Shown here piece by piece: positions 19,392 through 28,812 of a stretch of 64,000 nucleotides of DNA. Position 1 is the first letter of the stretch, and each line of letters begins with the position of its first letter. Source of the DNA: Verrucomicrobiales bacterium (GTDB lineage Bacteria > Verrucomicrobiota > Verrucomicrobiia > Verrucomicrobiales > V1-33). The notes below the pieces were generated by a model, which had not been told where the DNA came from, ran no database searches, and saw nothing but the letters and a program-made list of their open reading frames with translations. A program made the position numbers and the translations under genes. Location: assembly GCA_031411295.1 (NCBI GenBank), contig JANOAV010000087.1, forward strand, positions 32,001 through 96,000, read 5' to 3'.

Positions 19392-20693
19392 ATGTCCACG
19401 CTACGCGTCCCCCAGAGCGGGGTGACCTGTGCGTCCAGTCTTGTCGTCACTAATATCATCGACGGCAAACCATGGACCGCAGCTTCCATCAAAAACAACC
19501 ATTTGCGGCAACATTGCCACATCCTCGGCCGCGCCTTTGCGAAGCCGAACCAGCTCACTGACACCCTCAAACCCAGCTTCCGCCGCCTCCTGTGCATCGC
19601 GACGCAGCGCAGTCATTTGTTGACGCATTTCCATCCCGACAAACTGGATTGCGTCACGCTGTTGCTGCGGGTCGCGAATTATGCGGATCGTTGGCTCAGG
19701 CCGCCTGAGAGTTGGCAGCCGGACCAAACGGTTCCTCCTGCCAGCCAATGGCGCAGTCTTTTGGCCCACTTGTTTCAAGCGTATCCCTTGCCGGAATTTT
19801 TCGATTCTGCTTGGTTTACGTTTGGGGCGCTGGCCCATTTGGAGCGGGATTGGTATTGCCACGTGGCGGCAGGCGGCAGCCTGCGTCGTGCCCCAGGCAT
19901 GCCACGGAGCGTCAGCGCGCGCGCCCTTCATCGCATGCTGCGGGCCCCGGGTAAGCTGACCATCCGGCAGGCTCTGCGCTGGGGCCAAGCTCAGGCGGCG
20001 GGATGTTCGCGTCGGCTCACTTGGGAAATCCTCCGCAGCGCCATGGTAAATGATTTATCCCATGATGGTCTCTGGTCCCGGCTTTTACAGAAAATCGCTG
20101 CGGCAGCGCATTTTCCAGCCCGGGATTGGAGTCTGCTCGTGGATGGGCTGCAATACACCCTGAAGCGCGAAGGACTTCCCAAGGCTTTGCGGCTGCTGGA
20201 CCTGCCGTGGCGGGATCTGCGGAATCACTGCCGTATGCTTTTCGTATCGTGCCTGCATGTCTTGCAGTCGGATGGCGGAATTTTCGGGGAAGTGCACCTC
20301 AAGAAATCGGCGTTTCGTCAGGAGTTGCTCCACCTGGCACAGGCGGTCTGGCCTACCATGCCCAAGGCCAATCGAGTGGCCATCATTTACGATCCAGACA
20401 CGATCTGGTCCTTTCATGAACTCAACAGCCTCAGCCAGCTCTTGCTCGAAACCAAAATCCATAAACATTGCGTCGCCAGTTATCGCAAGCACTGCCAATC
20501 TGGCAGCTCCGCGATCTTCAGTATGCGCGGTCAATCCGTCCACTCGGCGGACGTCACCCGCAGACTAACATTGGAAGTGGACCGCCGATCCCGGGAAATC
20601 ACCCAAGTTCGGGGCCGCTGGAACCGCCGTGCTTATGATGCGGAGAACCGGGCCATTGCCAGATGGGCGGAGCAGAATAAATTAACTTACTAG
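19392..20693 (+). CDS. PcfJ domain-containing protein
   Basis: Start re-called at ATG 19392 after GGAG; W.RPPESW, L..HLF..YP.P.F, ALRWGQ, E....KHCVASY...C..G.SAIFS, TLEV...I.Q.RG..N. Confidence 0.8.
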   Translation: MSTLRVPQSGVTCASSLVVTNIIDGKPWTAASIKNNHLRQHCHILGRAFAKPNQLTDTLKPSFRRLLCIATQRSHLLTHFHPDKLDCVTLLLRVANYADRWLRPPESWQPDQTVPPASQWRSLLAHLFQAYPLPEFFDSAWFTFGALAHLERDWYCHVAAGGSLRRAPGMPRSVSARALHRMLRAPGKLTIRQALRWGQAQAAGCSRRLTWEILRSAMVNDLSHDGLWSRLLQKIAAAAHFPARDWSLLVDGLQYTLKREGLPKALRLLDLPWRDLRNHCRMLFVSCLHVLQSDGGIFGEVHLKKSAFRQELLHLAQAVWPTMPKANRVAIIYDPDTIWSFHELNSLSQLLLETKIHKHCVASYRKHCQSGSSAIFSMRGQSVHSADVTRRLTLEVDRRSREITQVRGRWNRRAYDAENRAIARWAEQNKLTY

Positions 20694-20694
20694 C

Positions 20695-21294
20695 CTAAAC
20701 CCTATTGAGCAAAGCCAACGCCTCTTGAAACAACGCCAACTCCGCCAGCAGCCGCTCCATCGGCAAGCCCACCACATTGGACAACGAACCCTCGAAGTGA
20801 TCGATGATCATGTCTCCGTGGTCCTGCGCGGCATAGCCGCCCGCCTTGTCGAGCGGATGAATCAGGGAAAGGTAAGTCGAAATTTCGGCATCGGTTAGCT
20901 CGCGAAACACCACCCGCGTGACGACCGCGAAATGCACGGCCCGCCGCGTGGCCTCGTGCACCAGCGAGACTGCAGTGCCCACCTCGTGCGCCCGGCCGGA
21001 GAGTTTGCGAATCATCGCCTGAGCTTCGGCTAGGGTGGCGGGTTTCCCCAGCGCGCAACCGTCCACGGAGACCAGCGTGTCCGCCCCGATCACGATTGCG
21101 TGTGGGTGCGCCTCCGCCACACTGCGCGCCTTGAGTTCTGCATTGAGTCGCGTCAGCTGAACCAACGGCATTTCCTCCACATGAATCTCTTCCACAGGCA
21201 CCGTAACAACCCGAAAACTCACCGCTGCCTCCTCCAGCAATTGACTGCGGCGGGGGGAAGTGGAGGATAGAATGAGTTCGGGTGGGGGATTCAT
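20695..21294 (-). CDS. maf: Maf/YhdE nucleoside triphosphate pyrophosphatase
   Basis: ILSSTSPRR, IGADT, LGKP, LSGRAH, DKAGGY, NVVGLP; start re-called at ATG 21294. Confidence 0.93.
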   Translation of the reverse strand: MNPPPELILSSTSPRRSQLLEEAAVSFRVVTVPVEEIHVEEMPLVQLTRLNAELKARSVAEAHPHAIVIGADTLVSVDGCALGKPATLAEAQAMIRKLSGRAHEVGTAVSLVHEATRRAVHFAVVTRVVFRELTDAEISTYLSLIHPLDKAGGYAAQDHGDMIIDHFEGSLSNVVGLPMERLLAELALFQEALALLNRV

Positions 21295-21359
21295 GTGGGG
21301 CGCAGCATGGAGAGGACTGGGGGACTGGCAACTGGCAGGATGCGGCAGCGCAGAAACCA

Positions 21360-21728
21360 GAAAGTAATCATCATCGCTCCGCGTGATGACCAGCACGACT
21401 CACCCGCCCCAGAAATATCGCGGATGCCCCAAAGCCCACGTGCCCACTCCCCGCCGTCCTGCGCTGGCCGGACGCGGTGCGAACTTGCATGGTCCACCCC
21501 ACGACTGCCGTCACGCGGAGCGATGACGGCTACTTTCCGGATGCGCCTCGGAAAGTAGTCATCATCGCTCCGCGTGATGACCAGCACGACTCACCCGCCC
21601 CAGAAATATCGCGGATGCCCCAAAGCCCACGTGCCCACTCCCCGCCGTCCTGCGCTGGCCGGACGTGGTGCGAACTTGCATGGTCCACCTCACGACTGCC
21701 GTCACGCGGAGCGATGACGGCTACTTTC
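21360..21728. repeat. Two tandem 178-bp REP doublets (REPIN/BIME-like), period 191 bp
   Basis: Copies 21360-21537 and 21551-21728 differ at 3 positions by my comparison; each is bounded by inverted GAAAGTAG+hairpin units. Confidence 0.92.
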
Positions 21729-21842
21729 CATCCTGCAAAAATCCTCCCTGCGGACCCACGGAAAACTGGATCTTTCGTCCTTGTCCAAGGTCGAGAAGCC
21801 CCCTAGGTTCGCCCCAATCAATTAACCATCCCAACTCCCCAC

Positions 21843-22850
21843 ATGAGATCCCGCCTCCTTGGTTGCTTCACCACCTTTGCCGTTCTGCTGCTCGTTGTTA
21901 GCGTGGCGTTGAACGTCTTCTTCGCTATGTTCCACTTTGGCAGTGAGCCGGAGCGTGGGCTCAAACCTCTGCCTGAGGAAGTGGTGCTGGCCGCCACCGC
22001 CAAGGTAGCTCCCGCAAAGATTGTCCAGATCGATATTGCGGGCATCATTTCCAACGATGCTCCGGTGCGTGGCAGTGGCGGATCCAACATGGTGGATGAA
22101 ACGAAGCGCGCCCTGCGTCAAGCCGTGGCGGACCCGGGCGTCAAGGCCATCGTCATCCGCGTGGATTCTCCGGGCGGAGAAGTCACCGCCAGCGATACGC
22201 TTTACCATGCCGTGCAGGAGGCACAGGCGAAGAAGCCAGTCATCATTTACATGGATAGCATGGCAGCTAGCGGTGGTTACTATTTGTCTTGCGGGGCTTC
22301 CAAGATTGTCGCCAACGAGAACACTTGGACCGGCAGCATCGGCGTGATTGTGCAGGGCGTTGGCTACGGGGATGCCCTGGCCAAATTGGGCTTGGAAATG
22401 CGGGTCTTCCGCAGCGGAAATTTCAAGGACACCTTTTACGGTCAGCGCAAAATGACGCCTGAGGAAGAAACGTATGTGCAAGCCATGGTGATGCAGACGT
22501 ATGACCGCTTCGTCAATATTGTTTCCACCGCCCGGAAAATTCCGGTGGAGAAACTCAAGGCGGAGATTGCGGATGGGCGGGTTTATTCTGGAGCCGAAGC
22601 ACTCAAGTTGGGATTGATCGACAAGACGGGCTATCTGGAAACAGCCTACGAGATGGCCAAGGAAGCCGCTGGCGTGAAGGATGCGGAGATCGTGCGCTAT
22701 GCCCATCACAGCGGCGTGCTGGACCTCATTGGCCTCAGCGCCAAGGCCGCTGGCACGCCGGATAAAATTGAGTTGGATGTCACCAGCAGTCTGGTGCCGA
22801 AGCTCCAGGCCGGCCGCTGCTATTTGCTGCCGGCCTCCTACGTGCAGTAA
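21843..22850 (+). CDS. sppA: Signal peptide peptidase SppA (S49, short type)
   Basis: RVDSPGGEV, MAASGGYY, TGSIGV, FKD, ADGRVYSG.EA..LGLID. Confidence 0.95.
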   Translation: MRSRLLGCFTTFAVLLLVVSVALNVFFAMFHFGSEPERGLKPLPEEVVLAATAKVAPAKIVQIDIAGIISNDAPVRGSGGSNMVDETKRALRQAVADPGVKAIVIRVDSPGGEVTASDTLYHAVQEAQAKKPVIIYMDSMAASGGYYLSCGASKIVANENTWTGSIGVIVQGVGYGDALAKLGLEMRVFRSGNFKDTFYGQRKMTPEEETYVQAMVMQTYDRFVNIVSTARKIPVEKLKAEIADGRVYSGAEALKLGLIDKTGYLETAYEMAKEAAGVKDAEIVRYAHHSGVLDLIGLSAKAAGTPDKIELDVTSSLVPKLQAGRCYLLPASYVQ

Positions 22851-22868
22851 ATTTACTCCCCTCATTCC

Positions 22869-23726
22869 GTGCCTGAAACTGAGTTCCGCATCCTCTCGCA
22901 AATTGGTCTGGCCTGCCTGTTAATGCTGCCATGGGGCCTGCTGATGTTTGCCCCGCAACGACGTTTCGCCTTCGTCAACCAGACAGAAGGCCCGGCGGAT
23001 CAGCCAGCACCTTATCGGCTGGGTTGGGCTGACTTCATGGCCAGTGTCCTGCTCTGCGGATTAATCGCCCTCATGGGTTTCGCAGGCAAGGCAGCCGCAT
23101 TGGCCAAGCCAGCGGTGGAGCATGACGTGGCCGTTCCACCGATCTCCCTTGGCGTGCTGTTCGCTAGTATTCTGGTGTCGCAGGGGATGCCAGTTGCCAT
23201 CGCCTGGGCCTGGTTCTCCCTGCGGCAGACCTCCTTGGTGTCAGTGTTTGGCCTGCGGAAATATTCGCTGCTCGCAAGCCTGGGCAAGGCGGCCCTGATG
23301 ATCGTTCCCGCAGGCATTACTGCTATGTTAGGATTGGTGGTTGGCTCGATGATTCTGCAACATCTCGGCTGGCCGATGCAGGAACAGGATGCGGTGGCGA
23401 TGCTGAAATCCCAACAATCGTTCCTGGTTAGCGCGCTCCTGGTGTTGGGAGCTTGCGTGGGGGCTCCCGTGATGGAGGAAATCTTATTTCGAGGATTCCT
23501 GTATGGCTCGCTGCGAAACTTGACGAACAAGTGGTTTGCAGCCGTGGTGTCGGGCGTGATCTTCGGAGTGATCCACCTGCACTTAGGAAGTTTGGCAGGA
23601 CTTTGTTTGCTGGGCTTTTTCTTTGCGGTGGCATACGAGGTCACGGGTTCGCTGTTGGTGTGCATCTTCATGCACGCACTCTTCAACAGCGTGCAAACCG
23701 TCATGGCCTACACTTTAAAAGGCTAA
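22869..23726 (+). CDS. CPBP (CAAX/Abi) intramembrane metalloprotease
   Basis: APVMEEILFRG, FGVIH, HALFN; multiple TM helices. Confidence 0.92.
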   Translation: MPETEFRILSQIGLACLLMLPWGLLMFAPQRRFAFVNQTEGPADQPAPYRLGWADFMASVLLCGLIALMGFAGKAAALAKPAVEHDVAVPPISLGVLFASILVSQGMPVAIAWAWFSLRQTSLVSVFGLRKYSLLASLGKAALMIVPAGITAMLGLVVGSMILQHLGWPMQEQDAVAMLKSQQSFLVSALLVLGACVGAPVMEEILFRGFLYGSLRNLTNKWFAAVVSGVIFGVIHLHLGSLAGLCLLGFFFAVAYEVTGSLLVCIFMHALFNSVQTVMAYTLKG

Positions 23727-23728
23727 CC

Positions 23729-24631
23729 ATGGCTCCGCGAATCCAGACCCTGGCCGATCTGGGCGAGGATGAGATCATCCGGCGGATCACCCATGGCCTG
23801 CCGCTGAGCGCCCGCACGCTGGCGGGGGCGGGAGATGATTGCGCGGTCCTGCGCACGGCCGATCCGCAGCGACTCCAATTGTTCAAGACCGATTGCATCA
23901 TCGAGCAGGTTCATTTCCTGCCCACCGCTCCGGCTCAGAAGATTGGTTGGAAGGCGCTTTGCCGTTGCATCAGCGATATTGCCGCCATGGGCGGGCAACC
24001 GACGGAAGCAGTGATTACGGTGGCGGCCCCCAAGGATTTTCCCTGGCCTCGGTTGCGGGAGATTTATCAAGGACTAACCAAAGCCGCCAAACGCTACGGA
24101 GTGGCTCTGGTGGGCGGAGAAACGTCCTCCGTGCCCGCTGGAGCGCCCTTGTTTCTATCCATCGCGATGCTGGGCGAGGTGCCCCCAGCCCGACTTGTGC
24201 AGCGCTCGGGTGGTCGCTCAGGTGATGTCATTTTCGTGACGGGAGTTCTGGGGGGATCGATTGCTGGCTGGCATTTAAATTTCACTCCACGCTTGGCGGA
24301 AGCGCAGTGGCTGACACAACATTTCCGGCCCACGGCCATGATGGATCTCAGCGATGGTTTGGGTTCCGATCTGCCGCGTCTGGCACAAGCGAGTAAGCGA
24401 GGATTTAGCATCGACGAAGCGCTGCTACCAAAGCGCAAAGGCTGCACGATCGACCAAGCGCTGAGAGATGGTGAGGATTACGAACTCCTCTTCACGCTTC
24501 CAGCAAATGATGCGGCTGCGCTCCAAAGCGCTTGGAAAAAACAGTTCCCCCGCCTCCGCTTAACACCCATCGGACAATTGACCGCGGCTGGTCAGCAGAA
24601 CGTCGGAAACGGATGGAATCACTTTCACTAG
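23729..24631 (+). CDS. thiL: Thiamine-phosphate kinase
   Basis: LGEDEII, GDDCAV, HF, SDIAAMGG, VGGET, MDLSDGL, GEDYELLFT; start ATG 23729. Confidence 0.95.
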   Translation: MAPRIQTLADLGEDEIIRRITHGLPLSARTLAGAGDDCAVLRTADPQRLQLFKTDCIIEQVHFLPTAPAQKIGWKALCRCISDIAAMGGQPTEAVITVAAPKDFPWPRLREIYQGLTKAAKRYGVALVGGETSSVPAGAPLFLSIAMLGEVPPARLVQRSGGRSGDVIFVTGVLGGSIAGWHLNFTPRLAEAQWLTQHFRPTAMMDLSDGLGSDLPRLAQASKRGFSIDEALLPKRKGCTIDQALRDGEDYELLFTLPANDAAALQSAWKKQFPRLRLTPIGQLTAAGQQNVGNGWNHFH

Positions 24632-24632
24632 C

Positions 24633-25757
24633 ATGAAATTACTCGCTCTGGTTTGCAGCCTCTTTCTGCTCAACCTGGCCACCGCGGAGGTTGCGTTTCA
24701 GGTGCCGACAACAGTGGGCGAATGGAAGGCCGGAGCGAAGTTTCCCCCGGAAGCCACCATCTGGTTAGCCGCTGAGCAACTGCCTGCTGCGCCCGGCGGG
24801 ATGGCCATTCCAGTCGCTGGAGCCGGCTGTTATCTCTTTTGCCAGCGGCGGGATTCCTTTTCCCAAAAGTGGACCACCCGGGTCTATTACGCTCCGCAGC
24901 CGGAGGCCTTCGATCTCAAAGGAGCCAACCCCGAAGCACTGCACTTGGTGGCGGAATTTCCCAGCCGGATTACCCGCATTGTCCAAGCCGGAGAGCATTG
25001 GTGGCTTGTGCGCGCCACTGCCAGCGGCAAGGAATCTGTCGCCTTGGAATGGCAGAATTTAACTCCCCCAGAGCCTGCTTCCAACCTTGCTGGCAAACTC
25101 CGGGTGGCCTTGTATGATGATACCGGAAGTGCCGGTCAAGGAGTGCCCAAATGTGTCGCCCACTTGGCCCGCGCGCCCCATCTGGAACTCACGCGACTGA
25201 CTCGCGAGGACGTCCGGGCCGGACTCAGTGGTTATCATGTGGTGATTTTTTCCGGAGGCAGTGGCAGTCGCCAGGCCGGGGCTTTGGGGCTCACGGGACG
25301 AGAACAGGTGAGGCGCTTCGTCGAAGCCGGCGGCGGTTATGTTGGGATTTGTGCCGGGGCTTATTTGGCGTGTGATGGCTACCCATGGAGCGTTCACTTG
25401 TTAGACGCCCGGACCCCGAAGGTATCCTCGGATCGAGGCAAGGGGGAGTTGAAGGTGGAGGCCACAAAGCTGGGACAAGAATGTTTGTCGCTGCCTCTGC
25501 GCAGCCGCCTCGTTTACCATAACGGTCCCGTTTTGTTGCCGGGAGAAAATCCCTCCATCCCCGACTTCGAAATCCTGGCCTACTTCCGCAGTGAAGTCAG
25601 CAGAATCCCCGAACAAGCGGGCCTTCTGATCAACGCTCCGGCCATCGTTCGCAGCACCTACGGCAGAGGAAAAGTCCTGCTGAGCAGCCCGCACCCGGAG
25701 CAAACAGATGGCTTCGAAACTTGGGTGGAGCAGGCGGTGCGGGCGGTGGCTCCGTAA
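24633..25757 (+). CDS. Secreted BPL_N / class I glutamine amidotransferase-like domain protein
   Basis: Signal peptide; FSGGSGS, GGGYVGICAGAYLA, YHNGP, SPHPE. Confidence 0.85.
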   Translation: MKLLALVCSLFLLNLATAEVAFQVPTTVGEWKAGAKFPPEATIWLAAEQLPAAPGGMAIPVAGAGCYLFCQRRDSFSQKWTTRVYYAPQPEAFDLKGANPEALHLVAEFPSRITRIVQAGEHWWLVRATASGKESVALEWQNLTPPEPASNLAGKLRVALYDDTGSAGQGVPKCVAHLARAPHLELTRLTREDVRAGLSGYHVVIFSGGSGSRQAGALGLTGREQVRRFVEAGGGYVGICAGAYLACDGYPWSVHLLDARTPKVSSDRGKGELKVEATKLGQECLSLPLRSRLVYHNGPVLLPGENPSIPDFEILAYFRSEVSRIPEQAGLLINAPAIVRSTYGRGKVLLSSPHPEQTDGFETWVEQAVRAVAP

Positions 25758-25789
25758 GGTAGATCCCCTGCCAAAGCAAAACTCAGGAT

Positions 25790-25884
25790 CAAAACAAACC
25801 GGATGTCCTGCACGCCGATTTGGGGAAATGCGACGCACAGGACTTACCGATTCACTAACGTAATTGTCACTACCAATTACATTA
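25790..25884 (-). ncRNA. Candidate small RNA (two hairpins, C-rich loop, U-rich end)
   Basis: Lies directly downstream of a minus-strand sigma70-like promoter; both stems pair fully only on the minus strand via G-U pairs. Confidence 0.5.
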
Positions 25885-25887
25885 TCA

Positions 25888-25915
25888 AGAATAGCCTGAG
25901 TATATCGTTTGTCAA
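25888..25915 (-). promoter_or_regulatory. Sigma70-like promoter TTGACA-16-TATTCT
   Basis: Perfect -35 and near-consensus -10 with AT-rich upstream DNA; no credible ORF downstream. Confidence 0.6.
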
Positions 25916-26022
25916 TACACAATCGAAAGATTTTCCATTTTTTTTCCGGGACGACCGAGGTAAAGCCGGCTGCGGTAGTTTACGCAAATGAATTTCCCTC
26001 CCCCTCGTTTCGCAATCCTAGC

Positions 26023-26051
26023 TTGCCGCCGTTCCAAAATGGCGCTATGAC
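26023..26051 (+). promoter_or_regulatory. Sigma70-like promoter TTGCCG-17-TATGAC, probably leaderless transcript
   Basis: -10 box ends 6 nt before ATG 26058. Confidence 0.45.
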
Positions 26052-26057
26052 CCAAGG

Positions 26058-28781
26058 ATGTTCTCATTTCGGAATCCTGAGTGGCTGGCGTTGGTGCCAT
26101 TGCTGGCGCTAGCTGGCTGGTATGTGCGGCGTTGGCGCCTGCAGGCACCGCTGCGGGCAGGGTTTCTGCTGTTGCTGGTGTTGATTCTGATGCGTCCCCA
26201 GCTCCGGTGGCAGAAAGAAGGGATGGACTTGTTCGTGCTGCTGGATCGCTCCGAGAGCACCGAGGGTCGGGTGGATCAGGCGCTGCCGGAGTGGACGAAG
26301 TTGCTGGAGTCTGGGAAAAGAAATCGGGAAGATCGGCTGCGCTTAGTGGACTATGCGCGGGATACTTTGCCGCAGGACGTGGGAGGAACCGTATTTACAG
26401 GCGACCGGAATCTCACCCGCACGGCCCAGGCCTTGCAAACGGTGTTGGCGCTGCGCGAACCATCCCGGCCGACCCGGATTTTGCTCTTCACGGATGGCTA
26501 TGCCACCGAACCCTTGACTGGTTTGGCAGATAAGCTGCTGCGCGAAAATGTGCCGCTGGACCTTCGTTTCCTAACGGAACCTCCTGGTGAAGATTTTCGC
26601 CTCACCAAGTTGGATACGCCGCATCGAGTGCAAACCTCCGAACCGTTCTTGATCGAAATTGCCGTTAGTGGACCGGATCAATCCAGCGCTAAATTTCCCC
26701 TCACCATTCTGCGCAATGGCGAACGCCTAACCGAGACGGAAATCACCTTAAAAAAGGGCTTCGGCACGGTGCGCTTTACCGACCGCATTGCCAAGGCGGG
26801 ATCGCAGCAATATGAAGCGATGATTGCGCCTGCCAACGATGTGCACCCGGGGAATAACCGTCAGGAAACTTGGGTGGAGGTGGTGGGCGGGCCGCGTCTG
26901 CTGTTGGTTACCAGCTATGAAAATGATCCCGTGGCCAAGGTCTTGCGCGCGATGAATTACGAAGTGGAAGTGGTCGATCAGCCGAAGCAACTGCATCCCG
27001 GGCAACTGGCGGGTTGCCGGGGCGTCATCTTCAATAATGTGTCGGCGCACTTGGTGCCAGCGGACTTCCTGGCTTCAATGGATTTCTACGTGCGTGAGCA
27101 GGGTGGGGGATTCTTGATGGCTGGGGGAAAGCGAAGTTTTGGCGCGGGGGGATATTTCCATTCGGCGGTGGATGCGTTGCTGCCAGTGTCCATGGAATTG
27201 AAAACGGACCAGCGGAAGACGTCCGTTAGTATGGCCATTGTCATGGACCGCTCCGGTTCCATGGGGGCACCCGTGGGCGGTGGGATGAAAAAAATGGACC
27301 TGGCCAACGAGGGTGCTGCCAAGGCCATTGAAATGCTGGGTTACACGGATTCAATTACGGTGATGGCGGTGGATAGCGAGGCGCACATTCCCGTGGGCAT
27401 GCAGATGATTAAGGACGAGGAGAACAAGTCCACCCTGATGTCGATCTGTCGGCGCATCACGGTGGGTGGGGGTGGAATTTTCACTTACACCGGGCTGAAG
27501 GCGGGCTGGAAGGCGCTCAAGGAAACGACCTACGGCACGCGCCACTTAATTCTCTTTGCGGATGCGGCGGATGCTGAGGAGCCGGGAGATTATAAAACGT
27601 TGTTGGAGGAAATGACGAAAGAGGGTGCCACGGTTAGTGTCATTGCCTTGGGCAAGAATACCGACAGCGACGCGAAGTTCCTGGAGGACGTAGCGTTGCG
27701 GGGGAAGGGCCGCATTTTCTTCACGGATAACGCCACGGAGTTGCCGAACATTTTCACTCAGGAAACGGTGGCGGTGGCGCGCAGCGCGTTCGTGGAAGAG
27801 ACGATTGCGACCAAGCCTTCCGGCGGTTGGGCGGAAATTGCCGACAAGCGCATGGAGTGGCTCCAGCAGCTGGATGGCTACAATCTAAGCTACAAGAAGG
27901 ACTGGGCCAGCCAGGCGTTGATCACCGCGGATGAATACGCGGCACCGTTGGTGGCCTGGGGCCAGCGGGGCACAGGGCGTTGCGCGGCGGTCTCCTTCCC
28001 CCTGGGCGGACCTGCGAGTGAGAGCGTGCGGCAGTGGCCAGGCTACGGGGATTTCATCCAAACGATGGGCCGCTGGCTGTTGGGTGAGGAAGTGCCAGCG
28101 GGCTTGGGACTGCGTCAGCAATTGCGGGGCACGGAACTGTCGTTGGATTTGCTGTTTGAGCCGCAGTGGGAAACGGTCTTTGCCGCCACGCCACCGCGCA
28201 TCGTGCTGGCGGAAGGGGCGCGTGCGGAAACGCATCGCGAACTCACCTGGCGACGTCTTGCTCCCGGTCATTACTCGGTGGCGGCAGATCTCAGCGAAGG
28301 TCAGTTGGTCCGCGGCGTGATTCAAGCGGGCAAATCAATGCTGCCATTTGGTCCCGTGGCCGTGGGTCGGAATGCGGAATGGGCCTTCGATGCCGCCCGG
28401 TTGGATGAAGTGAAGCAAACGGCCCTGCTCAGCGGGGGCCGGGAGTTGCTGGATTTGAAAGAAGCGTGGAAAAGTCCGCCTGCGCTGGAGCTGTCGGATC
28501 TACGCCACTGGCTGTTATTACTGGCGTTGTTGTTGATGGTGGCGGATGCACTGGTCACTCGCCTGGGTTGGAAACTTCCTGTTTGGAGTCCGCGTCGCGC
28601 GGCTTCGGCACCGGCACCAAAGCTGGCCCCCGCAGTCTTGCCAGCCACGACGCTGGCAAGAAGTCCTAACGCGGTGCCGACACCGACGCCTAAAGTGACT
28701 GCTGCGACGGTTTCGGATCCGAATGTCCAAGCGGAAAGCGAACAACGTCGTGCCCGCTTCGCTAAAGCTAAGGGCAAGTGA
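26058..28781 (+). CDS. Membrane-anchored vWA domain protein with GATase1-like domain
   Basis: BatA-like N-terminus, two vWA MIDAS motifs (LLDRSES, VMDRSGSM), GGGFLMAGG..SFGAGGY, C-terminal TM. Confidence 0.88.
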   Translation: MFSFRNPEWLALVPLLALAGWYVRRWRLQAPLRAGFLLLLVLILMRPQLRWQKEGMDLFVLLDRSESTEGRVDQALPEWTKLLESGKRNREDRLRLVDYARDTLPQDVGGTVFTGDRNLTRTAQALQTVLALREPSRPTRILLFTDGYATEPLTGLADKLLRENVPLDLRFLTEPPGEDFRLTKLDTPHRVQTSEPFLIEIAVSGPDQSSAKFPLTILRNGERLTETEITLKKGFGTVRFTDRIAKAGSQQYEAMIAPANDVHPGNNRQETWVEVVGGPRLLLVTSYENDPVAKVLRAMNYEVEVVDQPKQLHPGQLAGCRGVIFNNVSAHLVPADFLASMDFYVREQGGGFLMAGGKRSFGAGGYFHSAVDALLPVSMELKTDQRKTSVSMAIVMDRSGSMGAPVGGGMKKMDLANEGAAKAIEMLGYTDSITVMAVDSEAHIPVGMQMIKDEENKSTLMSICRRITVGGGGIFTYTGLKAGWKALKETTYGTRHLILFADAADAEEPGDYKTLLEEMTKEGATVSVIALGKNTDSDAKFLEDVALRGKGRIFFTDNATELPNIFTQETVAVARSAFVEETIATKPSGGWAEIADKRMEWLQQLDGYNLSYKKDWASQALITADEYAAPLVAWGQRGTGRCAAVSFPLGGPASESVRQWPGYGDFIQTMGRWLLGEEVPAGLGLRQQLRGTELSLDLLFEPQWETVFAATPPRIVLAEGARAETHRELTWRRLAPGHYSVAADLSEGQLVRGVIQAGKSMLPFGPVAVGRNAEWAFDAARLDEVKQTALLSGGRELLDLKEAWKSPPALELSDLRHWLLLLALLLMVADALVTRLGWKLPVWSPRRAASAPAPKLAPAVLPATTLARSPNAVPTPTPKVTAATVSDPNVQAESEQRRARFAKAKGK

Positions 28782-28812
28782 TCACGCCTGACGGACGTAG
28801 CGCTGCAGCACC

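Noticed and set aside
21360..21728. Possible CRISPR array
   Set aside because: Units are inverted pairs with near-identical interiors rather than direct repeats with unique spacers; no cas genes
21291..21806. ORFs spanning the tandem repeat and the 5' extension of maf to 21396
   Set aside because: They are translations of the REP doublets; Maf homology begins at 21294
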